From the NCBI GenBank assembly GCA_963817895.1, contig CAWFQB010000014.1, forward strand, positions 576,001 to 640,000: a DNA stretch of 64,000 bases, written 5' to 3'. Positions 1-10,972 of the stretch are shown here, piece after piece. The position numbers and the translations under genes were made by a program. The notes under the pieces are model-generated. The model was not told where the DNA came from. It ran no database searches and saw nothing but the letters and a program-made list of their open reading frames with translations. Numbering within the stretch: the stretch's first letter is position 1; every line of letters begins with the position of its first letter. This stretch comes from an uncultured Chthonomonadaceae bacterium (GTDB lineage Bacteria; Armatimonadota; Chthonomonadetes; Chthonomonadales; Chthonomonadaceae).

Positions 1-633
1 GTTCCCGTCTTCGGCCCACTGCCCGGACAGAACGGCTCCTTCGGCAACGGCTACGCGACCGGCTCCTCTTCCAGTTCGGCAGGTTCCATCAGCGGACTGC
101 CCGATTACGGCATTACGGATTTTGTATTGTTTCACTCGCCGCAGCAAAACAACATCGGTTTGTACCACTACACCGGCGACCCGAATACGCAGCAGACGCC
201 GCCCAACTACAGCCGGCCCTTCAATGTCATTCTGCCGGGTTTTTCAGACAATTCTCCTGACGCGGCGAAAACTCTGCAATTCGATATTTACATGTCGCAG
301 CTTGTTACCGATACCACCGACCAAACCGCCAAAAATCAGGAAGCGCAAAACATAGAATGGATCGAGGTCAACATGGTTGCTACCAACGTGACCCCGACCG
401 ATCCGACCTCCAGCGTTATCAAGGAGGTGGATGCTTTCGGCGATACGCTCGGTTCGGGAACCAGCAGCAGTTCCCAAACCTTCCTGACCATTCATCTGAC
501 CGAAAACCGCACCTACAGCAGTACGGATAACGTGTCCAATATTCAGGAACCGATCAACGACGTGTACCCTGTCCGCAATGGCGAACCGTCCCTCGATCTG
601 CAATCGTGGTCTATTCAGGTTATCCCGAATTAA
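1..633 (+). CDS. Hypothetical secreted/lipoprotein, 5'-truncated; paralog of the next gene
   Basis: Frame 1 is open from base 1 (VPVFGPLPGQNGSFGNGYATG...DYGITDFVLF) to TAA at 633; colinear similarity to 978..1670. Confidence 0.8.
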   Translation, partial: VPVFGPLPGQNGSFGNGYATGSSSSSAGSISGLPDYGITDFVLFHSPQQNNIGLYHYTGDPNTQQTPPNYSRPFNVILPGFSDNSPDAAKTLQFDIYMSQLVTDTTDQTAKNQEAQNIEWIEVNMVATNVTPTDPTSSVIKEVDAFGDTLGSGTSSSSQTFLTIHLTENRTYSSTDNVSNIQEPINDVYPVRNGEPSLDLQSWSIQVIPN

Positions 634-654
634 GTTTACGAGCTATCCTTCAAG

Positions 655-698
655 CCCTCACCCCAATTCCTCTCCCAAAAAGTGTGGGAGAGGGGCTT
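655..698. repeat. REP-like palindrome (CCCTCACCCC...CCTCTCCC-loop-GGGAGAGGGG family)
   Basis: Hairpin cctctccca/tgggagagg; related copies at 5171-5220, 41601-41645 and 41739-41787. Confidence 0.7.
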
Positions 699-763
699 AT
701 TTAAGTAGAATCCGAATAGTCACAAATACGATACATCGCGTACCGCAAGAAAATAAAACATCC

Positions 764-1670
764 ATGTTCCCATTGATTCTCACTATAATCTCAAGTTTGC
801 AAAAGCGCAGCTTCCGTACCGCTTTATGTCTGACCGTTCTTGCCCTGCTGCCGCTATCGCTCAGTTGCGCCCGCCTGCCGCCCAACCAACACACGCTTTC
901 GGGGCGGCGTATTCGCGTCAAAATGACATTCGGGGGCGATATGCAGTCCAGCTTCTTCTACTTCTTTCTCATCAACCGTGTTGGGCCGCAGGGGAATCTC
1001 GGTTACATCGGGCGCGCATGGCCCCGTTCCTGTGCTTGAACCTGCTGTCAACGGGGGCTATGGAAACGGATTTGCGACCGGCTCTGTGGGTTCCGGCGTG
1101 GGTACGATCAGCGGTTACAAAGATTACGGCATCACCGATTTTGTCTTGTATCACGCTCCGCAAACCTATAATGTTCTGTCTGTATGCCATTTCAACCCTA
1201 ACCAACCGCCCGATACACAACCTTATCAAACCCTGCCCCACACCGACACTCCGCTGAATGTCACGCTGCCGCAAACGGACACGGCAGACCCCTACGCGGG
1301 GCGCACCCTCTCTTTCGATCTTGATTTGACGCAACTGATTACGGATACAAACGACGCGGCCACCAAAATACAGGAAGCGAAAAATTTGCGCTACATTCAG
1401 GTGAACATCGTCGCCACCGATCTTGTCCCCACAGATCAAACTTCGGTTGCCCCGAAAAGCGTTGACTCGTTCGGCGATACGCGCAATCCAAGCGAACAGG
1501 GCAGTTTTCTCGAAATTGATCTCAATCAGGTACATACCTACCAGAGTTCCGACAGCGGCGGCCAACTATCTCCCGAACCCGCAGGCGACCTGTTTGTCTC
1601 TCCCAACGGCAGCGCCAACAACTCACTGGATTTAATCAGTTGGTCCATTGAGGTGTTGCCAACCGGTTAA
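764..1670 (+). CDS. Hypothetical lipoprotein, one frameshift near 1005
   Basis: ATG 764 gives a signal peptide ending in a lipobox-like LSLSC; similarity to gene 1 continues in the 978..1670 frame (GPVPV...GYGNGFATG...DYGITDFVLY). Confidence 0.7.
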
Positions 1671-1677
1671 AAGCGCC

Positions 1678-4323
1678 TCACAACGCCCGAACCTCGTACC
1701 AGCCCGTCTGATATTTGGGGTCTATGGCGAAGCGCAGGGTTCCGCTTTGCAGGGTACTCTCCACTTCGCGGACGCGCTTGCCCGTTGCGTCCAGCGCGTA
1801 AACGGTGGCTCTGGTGGCTTCCGTGCCGATGAGAATGGTTGCGGCGACGCCCTCCGCCTGCGTCGGGCCGGTTCCCCACTGGTCGCTGACCGAAGTACGG
1901 GCCGCGTTCCAACCCATGCCTTTGTTTTCCACACCGGCAAGCGCGGTTAATAGCATCGAATGAGATTTTTCGAGGGGCTTGCCGTCTATGGCGTTCAGAG
2001 TCAGAGCGGCGAAATTGCGCCCCGCGCTTTTGGCCTGCACTTCCCAACTGCCGACGCGAACCTCCTGCCCGCCCACAAAACCCGCAATCACGCGGGAAGA
2101 CGGGGAATCGGCGCGGAAAAGGGCTTTGTCCGTCCCCTGATCCGTCCAGCGTATCGCGCTTCCCGGCCTGTCCGCATTGGTAAACTCGCCCGCGTCATGT
2201 TCGCCCGCTTTTGTTTTGTGCGGCAGTGAACTGTTCGCGTCAAAGGCAACCGACCAGCGCGTATCCAGACAATCCCAATTCTCCACGCCCGCGATTTGCC
2301 ACGACGCGGCGATACCCGCCCCGTTCTTCGCCATTGCGCTTGCCACGTCGTTTTGCCCGATGTGCAGGCGCAACTCGCGGTGCGCGAACGGCACGTCGAA
2401 TCGGGCGAACAACATCGCCGCAGCCGGTAAAAACGTGGTAATTGCCGGATCGGTATCCGTGTCGAAAAAGCCATTGATCTGATTTCGGTCCCAGTTGCCG
2501 TTTTCGCTGTGGTAATCGAACAGGTAAAAGCCGTCCCAATCCTGCACGGCAGCGAACGCGGCCAGCATGGGCAGGGTTTCCACGCGGTAATCGTTCGGGG
2601 CGGGATGGTGGTACTCGCTGACAGTGTACGGCTTGCCCGCGATCCGGTAACGCGCCAGTTCGGGGAGTGTGCCAAGCGTTGTCGAGCGCGTCATGGGCGT
2701 ATTAGCAATATTCCAGTTCTTCATGTCCCACGCCTGACCGGGAAAATTTGGATGTTCCCAGTAGGCGTGGTTGTCGGCAAAATCGGACGTTGACTCGCGC
2801 AATGCCCCACCCATGCCGCCGTAACTGTCCTGCGAACCCGTCACATTCGCCTTCGCGCCCAACTCGTTCTTCACGTAATCGCGCATAGTGGTCATATACG
2901 CGCGTTCCGTGTCTATCAGGAATCCAATCCAATCCTGCCCTTCGGGTGTGCTTCGAGGCCGACTGAGCGGAATATTCCCCGCTTCCAGACTGACGCCTTC
3001 AGGAAAAGCATGTATGGCTCCCGCGTTCAGTCTCATTTCCGCAAGGTCAATTGTTCCCAGCGCATCCCCTAAAACGAGGGTCAGGCGATTTTTATTTTTG
3101 ACAGCCCGCGACGCCACAAAATTCAGTTCATAGCGTTTCCATTCGGGCGTGAGATTGATGTATTCGTCCAATCCGACGTGATGGTAATCGTCCTGATTGA
3201 CGCTCGCGTATACCGGCAACACGCGGGGCTTGTCCGAACGCGCCCAGAACGAAACGGTGTACGGTTCGCCCTCGACAAGATCAATTCCGGCCTGATGAAA
3301 CTGCAAATGCCAGTTCTGCGTTCCCAATTTCGTGATTGTCAGCCGCGCCACGCGCCCTTTCACGCCCGAAGGCGGCTCCGCGTCGTTGGGAAGGGTGAGT
3401 TTCGCTTCGGCAGGCGGCGTATTCATCTCCACATTCCAGTGGATTGCGCCCTCCTCGAATATCGGATTTTGCAGGATGTTGGGGCCGAATGGTTTGTCCT
3501 GCGCCCCCCACGCCCGCTTCAAACCCGGCGTATCCGCGTACTTGCGCTTCAGCCAGCCGTTCCACAATCCCATGAGTTCCGTTTTGTAGTGAGGCGGAAG
3601 GGTGTTCAGTTTGTTGTTCCACGCTTCGCCAAGCAGCGTGTTCTCGTTGTTGATCTCGACAACGGCGACTGAAGGCTCTTCCACATAGCGCGTTTTAGTA
3701 AAGGGATTCTGGTGCGTGAGCAGGTCGCGGGCATAATTCTTTTGCAGTTCGATCATGCGCGGCTCGAAAAAGTCTACTGCTTTGTCGAAATTTCCTAATC
3801 CTTCCGTTTCCACAAAGCCGTCCGCCTTGCCAAATTCGCGGGCGACATGCAGGTTGATATTGACATAAACGCCGTTCAGTTTCAGTTGATAAACAAAGTA
3901 GTCCAGCTTCGCCAGAGACTCCTGACTCAGATGCTGCTTGTCGGGAAACGAGCGGTCAAAGATATTCGGCTGCGCCCAATCCGCGTCCGCATGGTGCAGC
4001 CGAACAATATTGACGCCCAATTTGTGCAGCCGCGCCGCCACTTTTTCTGCCGTTGTTTTGTCGGGAAAGCAGCCGCCTGCCGCGATGTTGACGCCAATAA
4101 ACCGGACGCGCCGCCCTTTCTCATCATAAAAATGCCCGTTCCGCGCCGTGACAAAGCCGTTCCCGCCCGCAGGCGTCGGGTTCAGGTTTGCCACGCTCGT
4201 AATCGTCGCCGTCGCGTCATCCCACGGCAGCGCCCACGCGAACCTACCTACATCTTCGGCTTTCACGGATGCCGTGAAAGCCAAAAGCGCGGCACAACCA
4301 AGTATATTTTGCCAAATCTTCAT
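1678..4323 (-). CDS. Secreted clan GH-A-type glycoside hydrolase with an inserted CBM4_9-like module
   Basis: Signal peptide MKIWQNIL; motifs RFIGVN, NIVRLHH, EINNEN (acid/base) and YTVSEY (nucleophile); CBM4-like segment NWHLQFHQ...YTVSFWARS. Confidence 0.8.
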   Translation of the reverse strand: MKIWQNILGCAALLAFTASVKAEDVGRFAWALPWDDATATITSVANLNPTPAGGNGFVTARNGHFYDEKGRRVRFIGVNIAAGGCFPDKTTAEKVAARLHKLGVNIVRLHHADADWAQPNIFDRSFPDKQHLSQESLAKLDYFVYQLKLNGVYVNINLHVAREFGKADGFVETEGLGNFDKAVDFFEPRMIELQKNYARDLLTHQNPFTKTRYVEEPSVAVVEINNENTLLGEAWNNKLNTLPPHYKTELMGLWNGWLKRKYADTPGLKRAWGAQDKPFGPNILQNPIFEEGAIHWNVEMNTPPAEAKLTLPNDAEPPSGVKGRVARLTITKLGTQNWHLQFHQAGIDLVEGEPYTVSFWARSDKPRVLPVYASVNQDDYHHVGLDEYINLTPEWKRYELNFVASRAVKNKNRLTLVLGDALGTIDLAEMRLNAGAIHAFPEGVSLEAGNIPLSRPRSTPEGQDWIGFLIDTERAYMTTMRDYVKNELGAKANVTGSQDSYGGMGGALRESTSDFADNHAYWEHPNFPGQAWDMKNWNIANTPMTRSTTLGTLPELARYRIAGKPYTVSEYHHPAPNDYRVETLPMLAAFAAVQDWDGFYLFDYHSENGNWDRNQINGFFDTDTDPAITTFLPAAAMLFARFDVPFAHRELRLHIGQNDVASAMAKNGAGIAASWQIAGVENWDCLDTRWSVAFDANSSLPHKTKAGEHDAGEFTNADRPGSAIRWTDQGTDKALFRADSPSSRVIAGFVGGQEVRVGSWEVQAKSAGRNFAALTLNAIDGKPLEKSHSMLLTALAGVENKGMGWNAARTSVSDQWGTGPTQAEGVAATILIGTEATRATVYALDATGKRVREVESTLQSGTLRFAIDPKYQTGWYEVRAL

Positions 4324-4337
4324 AATGATCGTTCTAA

Positions 4338-5112
4338 TTACTTCGCGGTCCAGCCGCCATCTAACGTAAGTGTCGTACCCGTCATAAAGTCGGAAGCGGG
4401 CGAACAGAGGAAGACCACAGCGGGGCCAAGCTCTTCGGGCCGTCCCCACCGTCCGAGCGGAATGTTGGCGAGGAACGCCTTATACGCTTCCGGGTCGTTC
4501 ATCAGGACGCGGTTCATGGGCGTCTCGAACGGGCCGGGACACAGGCAGTTGACGGTTACGCCTTTGGGCGCGCCCTCCTGCGCCAGTGTCCGTGTCAGGC
4601 CAAGCAACGCGCTTTTCGCAGTCGCATACGCGGCTCGTCCCGGCAGGGATACGAACGACATAATGGAACCGAGCATCACAATGCGCCCCCAACCGCGTTC
4701 CATCATGCCGGGCATGAACGCCTGCGAACACAAAAACGATCCCTTCACGCTAATGTCTATAACCGCGTCCCAATCGTCTTCGGTCAGGTCGGACGTACCC
4801 TTGCGGATGTTGATGCCCGCGTTGTTGATAAGAATGTCCACCTTGCCGCCGTTCTGAGTTAATTCCGCCAGCAGACCGTCCACGGATTGCTTGTCAATGA
4901 CGTCGGCTTTGTAGGCTCCGAATTTGCGTTCCGGCAGGGCGCGGGACAATTCCGCGATAGCCTCTTGACCCTCTTCCAGATTGCGGCTGCAAATGTTGAC
5001 ATCCGCTCCCGCTTCGGCAAGGGCGCCGCGCCATCGCCAGTCCCAAACCTTTGCTGCCGCCCGTAATCAGCGCAGTCTTTCCTTCCAATCGAAACGCATC
5101 CATTACGCTCAT
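4338..5112 (-). CDS. SDR family oxidoreductase, frameshifted near 4950-5030
   Basis: TGGSKGLG in the 4894..5145 frame; NNAG and YATAK in the 4338..4949 frame. Confidence 0.8.
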
Positions 5113-5170
5113 ATCAACCCTTCCTCTTTGACTTTGATACACCAATCAAGTCAAACTTCTAATCGCTCTA

Positions 5171-5220
5171 GCTCCCCTTCTCCCAGGCTTTTTTGGGAGA
5201 AGGGGTTGGGGGTTGAGGGC
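5171..5220. repeat. REP-like palindrome, opposite orientation to the 655 copy
   Basis: ccccttctccca...tgggagaagggg ttgggggttgaggg. Confidence 0.65.
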
Positions 5221-7660
5221 TACTCTGCTCCCCGCCCCTTCTTTAAGAAATCAACGAACACGCTTATGGCGGCGCGTCCGTCCACGTGGGCCACCAACGT
5301 TTTGCCATCCGGCGATACTGCCGCATATTCGGGCAAAGCCGTCGTTTCCATCAGCTTCTGTTCCAATTGCTGGTTGGCGATGTTTTCCGCATCGCCTCGA
5401 TCCGTGTACAATTTCACGTACACATAGTTGGTCAATTCAGCGAGAACGTCGGGCGCAATCAGGTCAGATTGTTCCATCTGGCGGCAGTTCACGCAGCTAT
5501 ATCCCGTAAAGTCAATGAAAATCGGCCTGTTCTGCTGTGTCGCCAGTTTTACTGCTTCGTCAAGGTTCGTCAGTGGATTTCCCGCCGTTCCAGAATGGCC
5601 GCCTGCGAGGCGGACGGTCCCGACGCGCTGTTTTTCGCAAGCCCTGATTTAAGAAATTCCACATACTCCGGCACGTTTCGAGTCAGCCCATCTGAACGCG
5701 CCAACAGCGTTTTGCCGTCCGAGGATACCGCCGCATATTCGGGCAGAGCCGTCGTCTGCATCAGTTTCTGTTCCAAATCCTGATTGGCTTTGTATTCCGC
5801 GTCTGGCCTGTCCGTGTACAATTCCACGTACACATAGTTCTCCAATTGAGCCAAAACTTCGGGCGCGATCAGGGTGCTTTTCTCCATCAGGCGGCAGTTC
5901 ACGCAATTGAAACCCGTAAAGTCAATGAAGATAGGCTTGTTCTGTTGCGTCGCAAGTTTGATAGCCTCCTCGAAGTTCTTCAGTGGTTTCTTCGGCGTAC
6001 CAATGTCCGTGACTATCGCCGCTCCCCCTCCGGGCGCATTCCCCGGTTGATGTACCGGCTGTTTCACTTCCGGCTTGTTTTTGTAGGGATAGGGAGCCGG
6101 CGGCACAAATGCATCCAGATCGCCTAGCGAACGTCCCTCAATCGCGCTCAAGACATAAAACGCAGCCGACAAGCGTCAGCAGTCCTATCACGCGCCGCGC
6201 AATGCCGACTTTTACTTTGTCGTCATGCGGCAGGCGCAGCCAGCCAAGCAGGTAACAGCCTGATATAGCAGCAATACCCGCCCATATCGCCAGAAACACG
6301 GGCTTGGTCAGCAGGCCCGTTCCCCATGTCAAATCCGCGCTGGAAAAGAACTTCAGCGCGGCGGCCAGTTCCAGAAAGCCCATGAACGCCTTGACCGTCA
6401 CCAGCCACGCGCCGGATTTGGGCAAGATTCGACATGGCCTGCGGGAACAGGGCGAGCAGGAAGAACGGGAAGCGCAAACGCCGTGCTGAACGCCAGCATC
6501 CCGACAAAAGGATAGAAATAATGCCCATGCGCCGCATCCAGCAGCACGGTTCCCACGAACGGACTGGTGCAGGTGAATGAGGTCAGGCTGAACGTCAGGC
6601 CCATCAGCAGGGGCGCAATCAATCCGCCTTTTTTCTGGCCGCTTTGCGTACTGTTGAGCAGCCACGAGGGCAGTAAAATCTCAAACGCGCCCATCAGGTT
6701 CGCCGCCAACACCACAAACAAAACGCCAAGCCCTATGTTGACCCAGGGATTGGCGGCAAAATTTTGAATTCCGGTTGCGCCGAACAGCAGCGGTCATCAG
6801 CAATCCTAATCCGGTAAACGTGCCGATGATTCCCAAACAATAAACTAATGCGCCCTGTACGTCCCGATACGCCCCCATTGTCCTTACGCTTGGTGAAAAA
6901 ACTGACCGTAATCGGAATCATGGGAAATACGCATGGCGTCAGCAGGGAGATAAACCCGGCGGCAATCGCCACCAATAAAAACGGGAGCAAACCCTGTGTT
7001 TGAGGGCGCTCCCGGTTGCCGGTTGCTGCGCTTGCAGTCCGGGCAGGGGGCGCGTCGGGCGGCCCTCCTGCCAGAATAAACTTTCCCACATCGGCGTTGA
7101 CCACGCGGGGCGCTTTCGGAATGGAAGCGAGTCGGCAGTTTCGTAACAGGTTTTTTGCGATTGGCGCGCGGCGTTCCCGCCGCCACGCTGAACGTGACTG
7201 GAACCTCCATTGTCGCGGGCGGCAGGCATTGCTTCTCGTTGCAAATCTGGTACTGCACTTTCAGCGTCGCCGTCTGGCTGCCTTTGGTTCCCGGCTTCAC
7301 GGTTACGGGAACCGCGAACGTGGCCGAATTGCTGTACTCTTCCAGCGTCACTTTGAGCGTGGGTTCGGGAACCTTCTTAAACGCGCCGCCTACCGGCTTA
7401 CCCTCCGTCGCCAGCGCGGCGAAGTCAGGTCTATTTTCAGCGCGACGCCGCCGTTCGGGTCCTGCGTGAGCGAGTACATGTGATACCCGGCGGGGATTTT
7501 CGCATTCAAGACGATTTGCGCGCCTTCTCCGGCGCGGGCATCGGCGGGAGCAAATCGGGCGGTAAACGCCACTTTTTGCGCCTGCGCCATCAGAGGCAGC
7601 ATCAAAACGCTCATCATCAGGCCGGACAAAACAATCCGAAGGGTTCGCAGGTATGTTCAC
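5220..7660 (-). CDS. dsbD: DsbD-like protein-disulfide reductase (N-terminal Ig domain, TM domain, two thioredoxin domains), multiple frameshifts
   Basis: Motifs YQICNEKQCLPP, LLTPCVFPMIP, SFTCTSPFVG and two DFTGxxCVNC motifs spread over several frames. Confidence 0.75.
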
Positions 7661-7903
7661 GTCGAATACCTCACCGCGCAGCCGTAAGCCGCGCTTTCAA
7701 AGCGTTTCCATCAGCATATTCTGCCTCGGCAATTTCCTAAATTAGGCGAAAAGTCATCATTGGAAAATTAATTTCCTGACACCATTTAGAGCGGTCAATC
7801 CGCATAATTCAACCGCGTATTTGAACGCAGGAAACGTCCGGCAAGTTTTGTTCGAACAGTAGAGCAGATTTCACGCATTGTAGAACAGGAGAGAACATAC
7901 CGA

Positions 7904-8647
7904 ATGAACGCCGTGCCGGAACGGCGGAACGAAAATGGACAGGCCAAACAACTGGAACACGCGATGGCGGAACTGCGCGTTGTGCTGGAAACCACCAACC
8001 GCGCCCGCGAGGACGCGCTGCGCCTGTCCCGCGAAGTGATCCAATACTCGTCGCGGGCTATCCGCGCTATCCATCGGGGCGAGACGCAGACGGCGCGTTC
8101 CCTTGTGGAGGAGGCGCGAACCCGCGTTTTTGCCGTCCGCGCCTCGCTGCAAAGCCATCCCGAATTGTTTTACGCGGGCTACGTCCACGATTCGCAGAAA
8201 GAGTACGTGGAGGCCGAAGCCATGCTCGCGATTGTGGGCGGACTGCCCCTTCCCCTGCCTGCCGCCTTACAGGTAGAACCTGCCGCCTATCTGAACGGAA
8301 TGGCGGAAGCGGCCAGTGAAAGCCGCCGGCATGTTCTGGATCGGTTGCGATTGGGCGATATGGAACAGGCCGAGCGGGTCCTGAAAATAATGGACGACAT
8401 CTATTACGAACTCGTGACATTCGATTTTCCCGACGCGATTACAGGCGGGCTGCGGCGCACAACAGATGCGGTTCGCGGGGTGTTGGAACGAACCCGCGCC
8501 GACCTGACCATGACGCAATCGCAGCGGCGTTTGGAAACAGCCTTAAATCGCGCTTTGCAGCAGGCTCCCTCCGCTCTTCAATCCGAATTTTCGAGTGTGG
8601 CCCTGAATACGCTGCCGCCTTCAGATGTTCCCACAATGGAGGACTGA
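7904..8647 (+). CDS. Translin/TRAX-family protein
   Basis: RE..LRLSREVI..S..AI..IH, QKEYVEA and YLNGMAEAASE.RR motifs; SD AGGAGA upstream. Confidence 0.75.
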   Translation: MNAVPERRNENGQAKQLEHAMAELRVVLETTNRAREDALRLSREVIQYSSRAIRAIHRGETQTARSLVEEARTRVFAVRASLQSHPELFYAGYVHDSQKEYVEAEAMLAIVGGLPLPLPAALQVEPAAYLNGMAEAASESRRHVLDRLRLGDMEQAERVLKIMDDIYYELVTFDFPDAITGGLRRTTDAVRGVLERTRADLTMTQSQRRLETALNRALQQAPSALQSEFSSVALNTLPPSDVPTMED

Positions 8648-8794
8648 CATGCTTTGTACAACCATTTACGTACCTGTTTCTGCCCCATCGGAAAGATTAA
8701 CTCCTATATTTGTTGCTAAATTGCGGGAACATCGGGAACATAATCGCGCCTCGCGCCGTCAACTCAAATGTGATCTCCTTTCTGTATCAATGAT

Positions 8795-8855
8795 GGCAAA
8801 ACCGCTGTCGCCACCAGCTTACTGGTGAATTGCGCTGACAGCGGTTTTTTTTGCC
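8795..8855 (+). terminator. Long hairpin with T8 tail
   Basis: aaaaccgctgtc...gacagcggtttttttt. Confidence 0.6.
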
Positions 8856-8933
8856 TGTATTCGCGTCCACCCGTTGGAACAACTGACCGCAAACAATGCG
8901 TAAGGTAGGGAAAGGCTTATCATTCCTACTTCT

Positions 8934-9794
8934 ATGAAGGTGTGTTTTGTGGAGAACATTTCCGTGTCCGGCAAGCAAAACCAATTCGCTCCAACCGCGC
9001 TTGTGAAGCCCCCTGAGCGCGTTCAGGATGTTCTTCGTAACAAAAACGATTCCCCTCTGCCAAATTCCATTCCAGAGTCGCAGTCCCCTGCTCTAGTGAC
9101 AACTGGCGTTTTGAGCGTCCTGATGCCCATTTACAACGAATGCGCCACTCTGCCCGGACTGCTGGAACGTATTCAAGCGGTTCCCGTCGCCAAAGAGATT
9201 ATTCTGGTAGACGACGCTTCTACGGATGGGACCCGCGAACTGCTGCAAACACGAATTGACGGCATCCTGCCGGGTGTGCGCGTGTTCTACCACGACCGCA
9301 ATCAGGGCAAGGGCGCGGCCATTCGGACGGCCATTCCCCACGCGACAGGTGAATTCTGCATCATTCAGGACGGCGATTGGGAGTACGATCCGCAGGATTA
9401 TGCGGCTATCTTGCAGGCGTTTCAGGAACCGGGCGTAGACGCGGTCTACGGTTCGCGCTTTCTGCATGGCTGGCCCGCCATGCGCCTGCCCAACCGCATG
9501 GTGAACATACTGCTGGCGTGGATGGTGCGCTTCTTTTTCCATACTCCCATGACCGATGAAGCCACCTGTTACAAGGCTTTTCGCGCGTCCGTATTGAAGT
9601 CGCTTCCCCTTACCTGCCGCCGTTTCGAGTTCTGCCCGGAAGTGACCGCTAAAGCCATACGCCGGGGCCATCGCATTGTGGAAGTTCCTATTCATTACGA
9701 AGCCCGCAGCATGGACGAGGGCAAAAAAATTCGCTGGACGGACGGCCCTGCCGCCATCTGGACGCTGCTCAAATTCCGCTTCGTCCGCTTTTAA
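8934..9794 (+). CDS. Glycosyltransferase family 2 (DPM1-like); start uncertain
   Basis: Motifs LSVLMPIYNE, VDDASTDGT, NQGKGAA, QDGDWEYDP. Confidence 0.9.
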   Translation: MKVCFVENISVSGKQNQFAPTALVKPPERVQDVLRNKNDSPLPNSIPESQSPALVTTGVLSVLMPIYNECATLPGLLERIQAVPVAKEIILVDDASTDGTRELLQTRIDGILPGVRVFYHDRNQGKGAAIRTAIPHATGEFCIIQDGDWEYDPQDYAAILQAFQEPGVDAVYGSRFLHGWPAMRLPNRMVNILLAWMVRFFFHTPMTDEATCYKAFRASVLKSLPLTCRRFEFCPEVTAKAIRRGHRIVEVPIHYEARSMDEGKKIRWTDGPAAIWTLLKFRFVRF

Positions 9795-9968
9795 GCGCAA
9801 CAGTCCTCTTACGCTGTTTCGCGCCTGCCCTGATTTCCCCGAATAATTCCGGTTTTTGCCTGCGCGCGTCTCCTAACACCTTCATATCTTCCCGATTTCC
9901 GACAACAATGACAATGCGCTTTCGCGCTACACCATCAAGTTTGTCGCCATCGCATGGGAGATATGGAC

Positions 9969-10634
9969 ATGAACCCATCTATTCGATACCGCTTATCACT
10001 GCTGCTGATATTGTTTGCCATGACTTGCCTGATGCTGCATGGCCGAACCGACCCGGCAGCCAATATAAAAATCGCGCCGAAACCTGTCAGGAAAATCGCT
10101 GTCAAACCCGCCGCGAAGCCTGCCGCCGCGCCCACCCCAAAAGAAAATCCCCCGCCCGCAAAAACGCAGGAGGGGGAAGAAACAACGCCCGCCAAATACG
10201 ACCCGCATGACCCCGATGAAGCGCAGTACGAGGTTGACGAGAAAGACCCGACGGGCGACCACTATACATCGGTCATTATAGACGTTTCCGACTTTCATGT
10301 GACGCGCAGCATGTCACCCAAAATCTGCCGCGAGGATGGAACCAAAGTCTGGCCGACCCTTGCCTACATTGACCCGGAGTTCGTGTTGAGCTACGGCATT
10401 GTGGTTTATGCCCGCTCGATGGAGGACGCCAGAGCGCACAAGCGCGTGGGCAAAAACCCGCTCATCATTCGCGCGCTCCGGCACGGCGAAAGCGCCGATG
10501 ATCCCGTTCTCAGCGCAGCGGACGTGGATACCATTCTTGCCGCCAACAAGCGCAACAAATGCCTCGACAAGTTCAAGGTGATTTTCCTTCTGGACAAACC
10601 GGCCTCCGCCCCGATGGAGGTTGCCGTTCATTAG
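9969..10634 (+). CDS. Hypothetical exported protein
   Basis: Hydrophobic N-terminus, Pro/Ala/Lys linker, globular C-terminal domain (YTSVIID...GKNPLII). Confidence 0.7.
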   Translation: MNPSIRYRLSLLLILFAMTCLMLHGRTDPAANIKIAPKPVRKIAVKPAAKPAAAPTPKENPPPAKTQEGEETTPAKYDPHDPDEAQYEVDEKDPTGDHYTSVIIDVSDFHVTRSMSPKICREDGTKVWPTLAYIDPEFVLSYGIVVYARSMEDARAHKRVGKNPLIIRALRHGESADDPVLSAADVDTILAANKRNKCLDKFKVIFLLDKPASAPMEVAVH

Positions 10635-10660
10635 AAGGGTTGAGGGCTATCAAATTGCTT

Positions 10661-10972
10661 TTAATGCCCCATGCTGGAAGGGGTTCCGCCGCCGCTGGAG
10701 GGATAGGAACCGGCTTCGGTGGGAACCGCGCCGGCGCGATGCGCTCCGTTCGGCCCGCCCATGCCGCCGGGACGATTCGCGCCGCCCGTAGTGGGAACGG
10801 CATCCCCGGCGGTGCGGTTGCCGGGATGGGAGGCCATGATTTTCGCCATCTCCTGCGCCGATGATGTCGAGGACTTCTGCGGAACCAGAACCTTGTAACC
10901 GATAAAGGCGGCCACTGCCACCACAGCCGCGATGATGCCGATGAAAATGCCCGGAGAAACTTTCTCTTTCAT
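10661..10972 (-). CDS. Small single-TM hypothetical protein
   Basis: MKEKVSPGIFIGIIAAVVAVAAFIGYK; start overlaps the upstream gene stop; SD GAGGAG. Confidence 0.7.
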   Translation of the reverse strand: MKEKVSPGIFIGIIAAVVAVAAFIGYKVLVPQKSSTSSAQEMAKIMASHPGNRTAGDAVPTTGGANRPGGMGGPNGAHRAGAVPTEAGSYPSSGGGTPSSMGH

